This document shows positions 15,531 to 24,476 of a stretch of DNA of 32,636 nucleotides, in pieces. This stretch comes from a virus. Its lineage: Duplodnaviria; Caudoviricetes. Every line of letters begins with the position of its first letter. Position 1 is the stretch's first letter. The notes beneath the pieces were generated by a model that saw only the letters and a list, made by a program, of their open reading frames with translations, had not been told where the DNA came from and made no database searches. Made by a program: the position numbers and the translations under genes. The stretch covers positions 1-32,636 of the IMG/VR virus record IMGVR_UViG_3300020044_000781; one strand, 5' to 3'.

Positions 15531-16801
15531 GCAACATTCCATTTTTAGATGATATGACGCCAGAGCAGAAATTACAGGCTCTGGAGTCAATTCACAATTC
15601 TTTGGAGCAATCCAAGGAAATCCATAAAAAGAAGATCACTGAGAATGTCGAGCTTGTTCTCCAAGCATTAAAGAAGATTGAGTCTGATATTCGGACTCGG
15701 TTTGACAATGTTGGCAGCGCCATTGAAAAGCGCGTCTCTACGATCAAAGATGGGCGTGACGGGATCAATGGCGTTGATGGCCGAGACGGTAAAGACGGTA
15801 AGCCTGGTCGTGATGGTCAAGTTGGCCCTAAAGGTCGTGACGGTCTAAACGGTCGTGATGGAATTGATGGCCAAGACGGTGTCTCAGTTACCAACGCTCA
15901 CCTAGACTTTGACGGTTCTTTGGTCATCACCTTGAGCAATGGCACTGAGATCGATGTCGGCGAAGTCATGCCAATGGACTTGGCTGAGAAGATCAAGATT
16001 GTCTCGAATGGAGGCGGTACTTCTCAGTATGTTGTCGATACTTTGGCGTCTTTGCAGTCTCAGATCACAGCTCTTGGCGGTGGCGGTAGTATGACTTACC
16101 CAGGCGCGGGTATCCCACTGTCAACGGGTACTGCATGGGGAACAAGTTATCCCACAACTGGCGCCACTTCAGTTGTTTTGAGAGATTCAAGCCAAAACGT
16201 CTCAGCAAATTCGTTTTTAAGCACTTTCACGAATGTTGCAGCAGCCGGTACAACAACCACTCTAACGGTCAGCTCATCGACTAGATATACAGTGACGGGT
16301 TCTGGTGGCCAGACATACCAATTGCCAAGTGGTACAACTTTGGCCAATGGCGCAGTCTTTTCGTTCAACAACAATCAAAGTTCTGGCGCAGTCACAGTCA
16401 CCAACAACTCAAGCACAACCATTGCAACGGTTCAGTCTGGTGGTTTTGTAGAAATTACTTTATTATCTAATGCAACAACGGCTGGCTCTTGGGACGTTCA
16501 CGTTCAAGCGCCATCGAGTGTATCTTGGTCAACCAATACATTCGATTACGCGGGTTCTATTACAAGTGCGACTTGGAATGGTGTTGCAGTGGCTGCAAAC
16601 CGTGGCGGTACGGGTCAATCAACTTATGCAACTGGTGATATTATTTACGCAAGTGCAACAAATACATTGAGCAAATTGACAGCTGGAACCAATGGGTATG
16701 TATTGACTCTAGCGTCTGGTGTACCCACTTGGGCAGCATCAAGTGGAGGAGGCGGGAGTTCATCGTCTGCACAAGCATTTGCTTGGTTCATTTCAAGATA
16801 A
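15527..16801 (+). CDS. Collagen-repeat-containing fibre-like structural protein
   Basis: N-terminal coiled coil, G-X-Y run (GRDGINGVDGRDGKDGKPGRDGQVGPKGRDGLNGRDGIDGQDG), then Ser/Thr/Gly-rich beta segments. Confidence 0.8.
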   Translation: MSNIPFLDDMTPEQKLQALESIHNSLEQSKEIHKKKITENVELVLQALKKIESDIRTRFDNVGSAIEKRVSTIKDGRDGINGVDGRDGKDGKPGRDGQVGPKGRDGLNGRDGIDGQDGVSVTNAHLDFDGSLVITLSNGTEIDVGEVMPMDLAEKIKIVSNGGGTSQYVVDTLASLQSQITALGGGGSMTYPGAGIPLSTGTAWGTSYPTTGATSVVLRDSSQNVSANSFLSTFTNVAAAGTTTTLTVSSSTRYTVTGSGGQTYQLPSGTTLANGAVFSFNNNQSSGAVTVTNNSSTTIATVQSGGFVEITLLSNATTAGSWDVHVQAPSSVSWSTNTFDYAGSITSATWNGVAVAANRGGTGQSTYATGDIIYASATNTLSKLTAGTNGYVLTLASGVPTWAASSGGGGSSSSAQAFAWFISR

Positions 16802-16810
16802 AGGGCAAAT

Positions 16811-17785
16811 ATGTTAGTTTTAGATTCAACACTTAAATCAATCACGGTAGCAATGTCTGGCGCTGCTGCTACAACCAATCCAGACTTTGTTGTGGCTTGG
16901 TCTGATGACACGGGATCAGCATTTACCGAGGGTTCTACAGATGGCGCCTTGAATGGCACGTCTCAAGTGACTTTGGTTGCTGCACCAGCTGCGTCCACCA
17001 GGCGATTGGTCAAAACGATCAATATCCAAAACAAAGATACGGCAGCGGTCACTCTGACCATTACCTATAACAACAATTCAACGCTCAGAAACATTGCCAA
17101 AGTGACGCTCCAAGTTGGAGACACTTATACAACTGACGGCACAACGGACACGAATGGTAATTTAAAAACAACCATCAATGGAGTAACCAGTTTTAGTGCT
17201 GGAACCACTGGCTTTACGCCATCTACGGCAACTCAAGGCATCGTGACATTGGCGGGCGTTCTTAATGCTGCAAACGGTGGAACTGGCGTGGCCAACTCAT
17301 CGACAATCACGCTTGGCGGTAATCTTACAACGTCTGGCGCCTATGCAACCACACTGACAGCAACAGGAACCACAACAATCACATTACCCACAACTGGTAC
17401 TTTAGCGACTCTGGCGGGTTCTGAGACATTTACGAATAAGACGCTGACCAATCCCACAGTTACTAACTATGTTGAGACACTTCAAGCAGTTGGAACAGTA
17501 GGCGCAACAAGCACATTGGCGTTAACAACTGGCACAGTATTGACGGCAACATTAACTGCATCAACACCTTGCACATTCACAATGCCAACTGCTACTGCGG
17601 GTAAATCATTTATTCTTAAACTAATACAAGCATCTAGTGGAATGACTACAGCAACATTTACTAGCGTTAAATGGCCTGGTGGAACTGCTCCAACAATAAC
17701 TGCTACAGCATCTGCGGTGGATATTCTTAGCTTTGTGTCTGACGGTACAAACTGGTACGGCACATTTGCACAGGCGTTTGCATAA
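16811..17785 (+). CDS. Thr-rich fibre-like structural protein
   Basis: AANGGTG, LPTTGTLATLAG.ETFTNKTLT and VKWPGGTAPTIT...VDILSF...GTNWYG fibre-type motifs. Confidence 0.75.
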   Translation: MLVLDSTLKSITVAMSGAAATTNPDFVVAWSDDTGSAFTEGSTDGALNGTSQVTLVAAPAASTRRLVKTINIQNKDTAAVTLTITYNNNSTLRNIAKVTLQVGDTYTTDGTTDTNGNLKTTINGVTSFSAGTTGFTPSTATQGIVTLAGVLNAANGGTGVANSSTITLGGNLTTSGAYATTLTATGTTTITLPTTGTLATLAGSETFTNKTLTNPTVTNYVETLQAVGTVGATSTLALTTGTVLTATLTASTPCTFTMPTATAGKSFILKLIQASSGMTTATFTSVKWPGGTAPTITATASAVDILSFVSDGTNWYGTFAQAFA

Positions 17786-19365
17786 TGTTTGGAGCACCTA
17801 ATTTCTTTTTTACTGGTAAGAAGGCAGTTACTTTTTACCGTGTAATCCAACAATTTAACTCTACAAGCAGTTGGAAAACTCCTACTGGAGTTACTAGCGT
17901 TGATTACTTGGTAGTAGCAGGTGGTGGTGGAGCTGGTGGAGATTTGTCTGGCGGTGGAGGTGCGGGCGGTTATTTAGCGGGCACATCATTATCCGTTACT
18001 GCGGGAACAACCTACACAGTTACTGTGGGTGCAGGCGGTGCTGGAAACACATCGAGTGGCGCTGGAACTAATGGTTCGGATTCTGTATTTAATGGAATTA
18101 CTTCGACTGGTGGCGGTGGTGGAGCAGGCGATGGGGTTGATGCAAGCGTAGGCGGTTCGGGAGGTGGTGGTTCATCACAAAAAGCCCCAGCAAACGGAAC
18201 ATCAGGACAAGGCAATGCTGGCGGTACTAGAGGTGGCACAGCAGGTTCTGGTACTGGTGGAGGTGGTGGTGCTGGAGCAGTTGGAAGTAATGGTTCATCT
18301 TCCGCTGGTAATGGCGGTAATGGTGGCGTTGGTCTTGCTTCATCTATAACAGGTTCTAGCGTTTACTATGCTGGCGGTGGTGGTGGTGGTGGTGATTCCC
18401 GTGTTGGCGGTTCTACTGCTGGAACTGGCGGTACAGGCGGTGGAGGAAATGGTGGAAATGGAACAAATGGTTCTGCCGCAACTGCTAATACGGGCGGTGG
18501 TGGTGGTGGTGGAGGTCAAAGCGGTGGTGATGGTGGAACTGGTGGTTCAGGAGTTGTCATTATTTCTTATTTAGTCCCAACACCTCCAGCTAAAAATATT
18601 ATATTTTTTGGAGCATCAGGTTCATGGACTGCACCTACAGGTGTGACAAGTGTCAATTACCTTGTTGTAGCAGGCGGTGGTGGAGGCGGTAGATATGGCG
18701 GTGGAGGAGGAGCTGGTGGATATTTAGCGGGTTCGTCTTTTTCTGTAACTCCTGGAAATACTTATTCAATTACCGTTGGTGCTGGAGGGGCTGGTGGAAC
18801 TGGCGGTGGTGGTGGTACTGGAATAGGACAAAATGGAACAAATTCTATATTTAGTTCCATAACATCAACAGGTGGTGGTGGTGGTGGAAGTGGAAACTCT
18901 TATGATGGATCATCAAGTGGAGTTGGCCAATCAGGTGGCTCAGGCGGTGGCGGTGGATATTCTTCATCGTATTACACAGGAGGTGCGGCATCTCCAAGCG
19001 GTCAAGGAAATGCTGGAGGAGGTGGTGAAAATGGGACTTCTTATGGACTCGGTGGCGGTGGAGGTGGTGCTGGAGCCGCAGGACAAAGTTGGTCTTCTGG
19101 AAATACTCTTCAAAATGGCGGTGTTGGTTTAGCTAATTCAATAACAGGAACATCAACTTACTATGCTGGAGGTGCTGGTGGAGGAGGAGGTGTATCTAAC
19201 TCAGTTGGTGGAACTGGTGGTCTAGGAGGTGGTGGTAATGGAGCAGGTTTTTCTGCTAATAATGGAACAGCAGGGACTACTAATACAGGTGGTGGAGGAG
19301 GTGGACAAACCACATTTGCAAATGGATATAACGGTGGTTCAGGAATTGTGATTTTGTCATGGTAA
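17785..19365 (+). CDS. Glycine-rich protein with two tandem homologous domains (putative adhesin/fibre tip)
   Basis: Each half begins W..PTGVTSV.YLVVAGGGG and ends NTGGGGGG...GGSG.VI.S. Confidence 0.85.
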   Translation: MFGAPNFFFTGKKAVTFYRVIQQFNSTSSWKTPTGVTSVDYLVVAGGGGAGGDLSGGGGAGGYLAGTSLSVTAGTTYTVTVGAGGAGNTSSGAGTNGSDSVFNGITSTGGGGGAGDGVDASVGGSGGGGSSQKAPANGTSGQGNAGGTRGGTAGSGTGGGGGAGAVGSNGSSSAGNGGNGGVGLASSITGSSVYYAGGGGGGGDSRVGGSTAGTGGTGGGGNGGNGTNGSAATANTGGGGGGGGQSGGDGGTGGSGVVIISYLVPTPPAKNIIFFGASGSWTAPTGVTSVNYLVVAGGGGGGRYGGGGGAGGYLAGSSFSVTPGNTYSITVGAGGAGGTGGGGGTGIGQNGTNSIFSSITSTGGGGGGSGNSYDGSSSGVGQSGGSGGGGGYSSSYYTGGAASPSGQGNAGGGGENGTSYGLGGGGGGAGAAGQSWSSGNTLQNGGVGLANSITGTSTYYAGGAGGGGGVSNSVGGTGGLGGGGNGAGFSANNGTAGTTNTGGGGGGQTTFANGYNGGSGIVILSW

Positions 19366-19583
19366 AAATACTCCAACTTTACGGCATTGACACAGCAATG
19401 CAATTGCTTAGACCAAACGCCAAATGGCAAATATCTAATCGTAATATTACTGAATGGGATGACCCTAGACCATGCCCAACGTGGGAAGAAATAGATGCGA
19501 CTATGGAAAAGATTAAAGCATTTGAAGAATCAATTGACACTATTTGGACAGACGAACAAATTAAAGAATTAGGGGGAAGATGA
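19359..19583 (+). CDS. Small hypothetical protein (fibre-associated, XkdW-like candidate)
   Basis: LRPNAKW...W.DPRPCPTWEEI; overlaps the end of the glycine-rich gene. Confidence 0.65.
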   Translation: MVKILQLYGIDTAMQLLRPNAKWQISNRNITEWDDPRPCPTWEEIDATMEKIKAFEESIDTIWTDEQIKELGGR

Positions 19584-19584
19584 T

Positions 19585-19947
19585 ATGGCTCATTTTTGTG
19601 AGATAGACTCAAACAATGTTGTTAAACAAGTCATTGTTGTTAGCAACGCAGACACTTCAACTGCTCAAGGTGAAGAAAAAGAATCTATTGGTATTGCCTT
19701 TTGTGAGCGTTTGCTTGGTGGCACTTGGGTAAAAACAAGTTATAACGGCAACATCAGAAAGAATTATGCGGGTATTGGTTATACCTACGACAAAGACCGT
19801 GATGCTTTTATTCCTCCCAAACCTTATGCGTCATGGGTATTGAATGAAACCACTTGCAGATGGGATGCACCAGTAGCAATGCCTACAGATGAAAAGAGAT
19901 ATACATGGAATGAAGAAACAACCAATTGGGTTGAGATCACACAGTAA
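19585..19947 (+). CDS. Conserved hypothetical protein (fibre assembly/chaperone candidate)
   Basis: MAHF..ID.NNVV.QVIV, WVKTSYN..IRKNYAGIGYTYD..RDAFIPPKPY.SW; follows the glycine-rich gene. Confidence 0.75.
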   Translation: MAHFCEIDSNNVVKQVIVVSNADTSTAQGEEKESIGIAFCERLLGGTWVKTSYNGNIRKNYAGIGYTYDKDRDAFIPPKPYASWVLNETTCRWDAPVAMPTDEKRYTWNEETTNWVEITQ

Positions 19948-20186
19948 TGGACAAGGAATTACAGCACTATTATGAGGAGAGGTTCAGCACCATGGCGACG
20001 CCAGGCTGGATCGACCTCATGGAGGACATTGACATTATGATCAATTCTCTCAATAATATTAGTGTGATTCCAGATGAGAAAGACTTACAATTTAAAAAAG
20101 GTGAACTTTCAATACTAACTTGGCTGAAAAACTTGAAAGAAGTCAGCGAAAGATCGTATGAGGAATTAAATGAGAAGAATGTTTGA
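19947..20186 (+). CDS. Hypothetical head-module protein
   Basis: 79-aa helical ORF with coupled start; lies upstream of the scaffold gene. Confidence 0.75.
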   Translation: MDKELQHYYEERFSTMATPGWIDLMEDIDIMINSLNNISVIPDEKDLQFKKGELSILTWLKNLKEVSERSYEELNEKNV

Positions 20187-20397
20187 ATTTGTCTGCGCAA
20201 GCGGACACCGTATGGACAAGCTGACCGATTATGAGTCGAAATCAGTCCCATGCGATTGCGGTGAGACAGCTCACCGCGTGTTAAGCACTCCAGCAATTAA
20301 GTTGGAAGGATGGTCTGGATCGTTCCCTGGCGCAGCCAATCGGTTCGAGAAAAGCCATTTAGACAAGTTAAAAGCGGAGCAAAAAGCGAATTCATAA
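20170..20397 (+). CDS. FmdB-like zinc-ribbon protein
   Basis: FEFVC..GH ... C.CG..AHRVLS pattern; SD GAGG. Confidence 0.75.
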   Translation: MRRMFEFVCASGHRMDKLTDYESKSVPCDCGETAHRVLSTPAIKLEGWSGSFPGAANRFEKSHLDKLKAEQKANS

Positions 20398-20458
20398 GCC
20401 ATTGTGCCGAATTCATGTGTTAGTCCAAGAACCAAGTTATTGGCTGGAAAGGTAAAGT

Positions 20459-21205
20459 ATGTTGATTGACAACGATGAGAATCAAAGTGAAGTAGACATC
20501 GAGGAAAGTAAGGCGCAAGCCAACAGTCAGAATACGATTCCCGACAAGTACAGGGATAAATCGTTGGACGACATCATTAAGATGCACCAAGAGGCTGAAA
20601 AGCTCATTGGTAAGCAAGCTCAAGAAGTTGGCGAAGTCAGAAAACTTGCAGATGAACTCATTAAGAATAATCTTGTTGGCGGGAAACAGCAGACTATAGA
20701 GGTTGAACCTGAAGTTGATTTCTTTGAAGACCCAAAGAGAGCAATGCAAAGGACTGTCGATAATCATCCTGATGTCTTGGCGGGCAGAAATGCTGCTATA
20801 GAGTTCAAGAAGATGCAGATTCAGAGTCAATTGAATCAAGATCATCCAGACTACAAACAAGTCGTTGGTGATCCTGAGTTCGTGAACTGGGTCAAATCTA
20901 GCAACGTGCGTCTTGGTCTTTACGCCAAGGCAGACGCTGAATTTGATTATGAAAGTGCCAATGAATTGATCTCTACGTTTAAACAGTTGCGTGGCGTCAA
21001 AATGAGGCAGACCGAGGAAGATGGAGAATCTACTCGCAAGCAGAATTTGAACAGTGCAATGGTTGATAGCGGGGGAACTGGCGAAAGCTCAAGGAAAGTT
21101 TACAGACGGGCTGACCTTATTCGATTGAAAATGAACGACCCAGCGCGTTATGAGGCATTGTCTGATGAGATAATTACAGCATACGCAGAGGGTCGAGTAA
21201 AATAA
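20459..21205 (+). CDS. Capsid scaffolding protein
   Basis: Acidic N-terminus, IPDKY..KS motif, coiled coils, C-terminal AYAEGRVK; directly upstream of the capsid gene. Confidence 0.8.
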   Translation: MLIDNDENQSEVDIEESKAQANSQNTIPDKYRDKSLDDIIKMHQEAEKLIGKQAQEVGEVRKLADELIKNNLVGGKQQTIEVEPEVDFFEDPKRAMQRTVDNHPDVLAGRNAAIEFKKMQIQSQLNQDHPDYKQVVGDPEFVNWVKSSNVRLGLYAKADAEFDYESANELISTFKQLRGVKMRQTEEDGESTRKQNLNSAMVDSGGTGESSRKVYRRADLIRLKMNDPARYEALSDEIITAYAEGRVK

Positions 21206-21229
21206 CTTAACTTTTTTGGAGTAAACATC

Positions 21230-22198
21230 ATGGGTTTAGGAACAAATCACGTAACGCGGACGACGGCCGCGACATTCATCCCAGCAATTTGGTCAGATGA
21301 AATTGCAGCCGCGTACAAAAAGAGCTTAGTTGTTGCCAACATTGTCAAGAAGATGAACTTCAAAGGCAAAAAAGGCGACACTATTCACATTCCAGTGCCT
21401 ACACGTGGCGCTGCATCACTAAAGGCTGCATCTACTCAAGTCACATTGCTTGCTGCAACTGAGACTGAGAAGACCGTGTCAATCACTAGACATTTCGAGT
21501 ATTCACGTTTGATCGAGGATATTGTCGAGGCTCAGGCATTGACATCTTTGCGCTCTTTCTACACTGACGACGCTGGTTATTCATTGGCTAAACAGATCGA
21601 CACTGATTTGATTCAGTTGGGTCGTGGCGCCAATGGTGGAACAGCTGCATCAGCACGTTATACCGCAGCCTACATTGGCTCTGACGGTACAACTGCTTAT
21701 GACTACAGTGCCAACACCAACACTGGTAATGCTGCTGCTTTGACAGACGCTGCAATCCGTAGAACGATTCAGCGCTTGGACGACAGCGACATTCCAATGG
21801 ACGGTCGTTTCTTCGTTATCCCCCCATCATCACGCAACACCTTAATGGGTCTGGCTCGTTATACAGAGCAAGCATTCGTTGGTGAAGGTGGTGGCGCCAA
21901 CACCATCCGCAATGGTGAAATTGGTAACTTGTATGGCATCCCAGTGTTTGTGTCTAGCAACGCCGACTCCACATCTGCAACAGCAGCGTTTGGAACTGAC
22001 AGTTCATCTGGCACAGCGACTGGTCGCGTATGCTTGATGGGTCACAGAGATGCGTTTGTTTTGGTTGAGCAAATGGGCGTACGTTCACAGACTCAGTACA
22101 AACAAGAGTACCTCGGTACATTGTTCACTGCTGACACACTTTATGGCGTGACAGAGTTGCGTGACTATGGCGCGATTGCTTTGGCTGTACCATCTTAA
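21230..22198 (+). CDS. Major capsid protein
   Basis: FIPAIWS, GDTIHIP, LAKQID, GEIGNLYGIPVFVS and DTLYG motifs of podovirus HK97-fold capsids; SD GGAG. Confidence 0.92.
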   Translation: MGLGTNHVTRTTAATFIPAIWSDEIAAAYKKSLVVANIVKKMNFKGKKGDTIHIPVPTRGAASLKAASTQVTLLAATETEKTVSITRHFEYSRLIEDIVEAQALTSLRSFYTDDAGYSLAKQIDTDLIQLGRGANGGTAASARYTAAYIGSDGTTAYDYSANTNTGNAAALTDAAIRRTIQRLDDSDIPMDGRFFVIPPSSRNTLMGLARYTEQAFVGEGGGANTIRNGEIGNLYGIPVFVSSNADSTSATAAFGTDSSSGTATGRVCLMGHRDAFVLVEQMGVRSQTQYKQEYLGTLFTADTLYGVTELRDYGAIALAVPS

Positions 22199-22222
22199 TT
22201 AACTACATAAGGAGTTAATAAT

Positions 22223-22546
22223 ATGGCAGCAGCAACAGCAGTAAATGTACGTCAAGGCAATGACGCGTTTCGTGGAGTGATCTCCGACACGTGGTCAGTG
22301 ACTGCGACGCTAGACGCTGGTTCTTTGGTTGACGGAGCTGGTGAGTCAGATACCGTTGCCGTCCCTGGCGTTGTTTTAGGTGACATGATCATTGCAGTAG
22401 CAGTTGCAGTGTCTTTGGTTGGCATGAGCGTCACAGCTTATGTATCAGCTGCGGACGTTGTGACTGTACGCATCCAAAACGAATCTGGTAGTACAGTTGA
22501 CTTGGCGTCAGCTACTATCAAAATTTTGATTGGTCGCTTGATCTGA
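22223..22546 (+). CDS. Putative capsid decoration/cement protein
   Basis: 107-aa beta-rich Ala/Val protein, strong SD TAAGGAG, lies between the capsid gene and a terminator. Confidence 0.6.
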   Translation: MAAATAVNVRQGNDAFRGVISDTWSVTATLDAGSLVDGAGESDTVAVPGVVLGDMIIAVAVAVSLVGMSVTAYVSAADVVTVRIQNESGSTVDLASATIKILIGRLI

Positions 22547-22552
22547 TAGAGC

Positions 22553-22579
22553 GGGAGGATTCGTCCTCCCCTCTTTTTT
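22553..22579 (+). terminator. Rho-independent terminator after the capsid genes
   Basis: GGGAGGA-TTCG-TCCTCCC followed by CTCTTTTTT. Confidence 0.85.
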
Positions 22580-22590
22580 AAGGGTTTCAA

Positions 22591-22803
22591 ATGGCAGTTT
22601 ATAGGTGTTTACAGTCTGGCAATACGGTTGAGTTCACTTTGGCGCATGACATTGCGTCCATGGTTGGACACCAAGGATATGTACGCATTGACGAACCCGA
22701 AGTCCTTAAAAAAGAGGAAGAAGTCAGATCAGACACCATGTTTATTCCGACAATGTCCAATATCAAGCCAGGCAGAAAAAAGGCGAGTTATGTCAGAAAT
22801 TGA
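22591..22803 (+). CDS. Hypothetical protein
   Basis: 70-aa ORF with SD AAGG. Confidence 0.7.
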   Translation: MAVYRCLQSGNTVEFTLAHDIASMVGHQGYVRIDEPEVLKKEEEVRSDTMFIPTMSNIKPGRKKASYVRN

Positions 22804-22993
22804 TGCTAGAGACTTTGGCCGACTTGAGGCGCAAGTTGAATTGCTCCAAAATGAAGTCACCGAACTGAGTAAAGACGTCAAGTCTTTGCTTGAGTTGGCC
22901 AATCAGTCTAAAGGCGGTTTTTGGATGGGTATGGCCATCGCGTCAACAATGGGCGGTTTAATCAGTTTTGTTGGAGGCAAGTTACTAAAATGA
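22790..22993 (+). CDS. Small coiled-coil plus C-terminal TM protein (XhlA/holin-like)
   Basis: ATG at 22790: MSEIDARDFGRLEAQVELLQNEV...KGGFWMGMAIASTMGGLISFV. Confidence 0.7.
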   Translation: MSEIDARDFGRLEAQVELLQNEVTELSKDVKSLLELANQSKGGFWMGMAIASTMGGLISFVGGKLLK

Positions 22994-23148
22994 AATCTGG
23001 ACTTTATGCCAATATTCACAAAAAACAAGAACGTATTCGAAAAGAAAAAGCCGAAGGTAAACCAGTGGAGCGCATGAGAAAGCCAGGCTCCAAGGGTGCG
23101 CCAACAGCTGCTGCATTTAAACAATCTGCAAAGACTGCAAAGAAATGA
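22990..23148 (+). CDS. Small basic hypothetical protein
   Basis: ATGA coupling; MKSGLYANIHKKQERI...MRKPGSKGAPTAAAFKQSAKTAKK. Confidence 0.75.
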   Translation: MKSGLYANIHKKQERIRKEKAEGKPVERMRKPGSKGAPTAAAFKQSAKTAKK

Positions 23149-23417
23149 AAAAAGAAAACAGGTCTATTGAGCACAAAACCACGGGTAAGGGTAAAACCTA
23201 TAATCCGACTGAAAAGGGTGCTGGAATGACTGCAAAGGGTCGCGCTGAATACAACGCTAAGAACGGAACTAATTTAAAACCTCCAGCGCCAAATCCTAAG
23301 ACTGAAAAAGACAAGGCTAGGAAAGCATCTTTTTGCGCAAGAATGGGTGGAGTTGTTGCGAATGCCAAAGGCCCAGCACTACGCGCCAAGGCATCACTAA
23401 AGAACTGGAATTGCTAA
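23145..23417 (+). CDS. Small basic hypothetical protein
   Basis: GMTAKGRA.YN...G.NLKPP...RKASFCARM...W.C; coupled start and stop. Confidence 0.8.
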   Translation: MKKENRSIEHKTTGKGKTYNPTEKGAGMTAKGRAEYNAKNGTNLKPPAPNPKTEKDKARKASFCARMGGVVANAKGPALRAKASLKNWNC

Positions 23418-23827
23418 TGAAAGACGGTCTTCTCTCTGGTAAGGTTTGTCCGATTTCAACGCAAGACATAGAGATCAACTTAAAAAACCGCAATCACGCA
23501 TTTGCGGAATACGGTTATGGCCCAGCCAATCCAGACGAACCCAATGAGGTGTTTTGGCTCAAGAAAGCCAAGATGTACAACGCGCCGACCGATGAAGTCA
23601 AGAGGATGCGCTGTGGGAATTGCTCTGCATTTATCCAGACGCCAAGCATGATGGAGTGCATCAAAAAGGGCATCGAGGGCGACTCGGAGGCCAATAACGA
23701 ATTGGCTTATGAAGATCGAGTCATTGCCGGTGCTGATTTAGGGTATTGCGAACTCTTTCACTTTAAATGCGCAGCTGGACGTACTTGCGACGCCTGGCTT
23801 ATCGGTGGCCCAATTACTAAGGAATGA
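23417..23827 (+). CDS. Cys-rich protein with a HiPIP-like cysteine pattern
   Basis: ATG at 23417 coupled to the upstream TAA; CGNC ... GYCELF ... CAAGRTCDAW. Confidence 0.7.
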   Translation: MKDGLLSGKVCPISTQDIEINLKNRNHAFAEYGYGPANPDEPNEVFWLKKAKMYNAPTDEVKRMRCGNCSAFIQTPSMMECIKKGIEGDSEANNELAYEDRVIAGADLGYCELFHFKCAAGRTCDAWLIGGPITKE

Positions 23828-23830
23828 ATT

Positions 23831-24202
23831 ATGACTAAGGCGGTTTCAGGTCAATTTGTCTCAATGCTATTCTTAGCGCGAGACATTGCTCACATTGTTC
23901 ACCTAAAGACTCGATCATTTGCCGAGCATAATACTTTGGCGGGTTTCTATGAAAATATCATCCCATTGGCCGATGATTATGCTCAACAGTACCAAGGACG
24001 CTTTAATGAGGCTTTGGAGATACCTTTGAGCACCAATGAAAGCAAGGGCACGATTGCTGATGTCCTAGAGATGCAAATGCAATGGATTGAAGACAATCGT
24101 CAAGCCATTGTGCCAAGGACTGAGACGGCGCTACACAACAAGATCGATGAAGTTGTGGCACTTTATCAGAACACTCTTTATCAACTCAGATTTTTAAAGT
24201 AA
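23831..24202 (+). CDS. Ferritin/Dps-like four-helix protein (DUF5856-like)
   Basis: AHIVHLKT.SFAEH..L..FYE.I...ADDYAQQYQG and C-terminal N.IDE.......TLYQL.FLK. Confidence 0.7.
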   Translation: MTKAVSGQFVSMLFLARDIAHIVHLKTRSFAEHNTLAGFYENIIPLADDYAQQYQGRFNEALEIPLSTNESKGTIADVLEMQMQWIEDNRQAIVPRTETALHNKIDEVVALYQNTLYQLRFLK

Positions 24203-24212
24203 GGACTTTATC

Positions 24213-24386
24213 ATGGCGACCAAGAAACAAACCGCAAAAATTGGCAAAGTAATGGGTGAGTACAAATCAGGCAAATTGCACTCTGGCTCGAAGAAAGGCC
24301 CAGAAGTGACATCAAGACGCCAGGCCGTTGCGATTGCAATGTCTGAAGCCAAGATGCCTAAGAAAAAGATGAAATCAGGCTACTAA
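24213..24386 (+). CDS. 57-aa basic protein (DUF6496-like; below ORF-track cutoff)
   Basis: Manual translation MATKKQTAKIGKVMGEYKSGKLHSGSKKGPEVTSRRQAVAIAMSEAKMPKKKMKSGY*; SD TAAGGA. Confidence 0.8.
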   Translation: MATKKQTAKIGKVMGEYKSGKLHSGSKKGPEVTSRRQAVAIAMSEAKMPKKKMKSGY

Positions 24387-24476
24387 TTCAATATAATTGG
24401 CAGCAAGTAAGGTTTCTTATTCAGTCGAATAAGGCAAAAACCTCAAATGATTCTGCAAAGATGAAATGAGGAAATA

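Noticed and set aside
17785-19365. Diversity-generating retroelement or microsatellite behind the GGT/GGA runs and duplicated domains
   Set aside because: No reverse transcriptase and no near-identical template/variable pair differing only at adenines; the runs are explained by Gly codons.
20387-20450. Direct repeat CGAATTCAT (twice) and a small CCAA/TTGG hairpin upstream of the scaffold gene
   Set aside because: Too short to distinguish from chance without comparative data.
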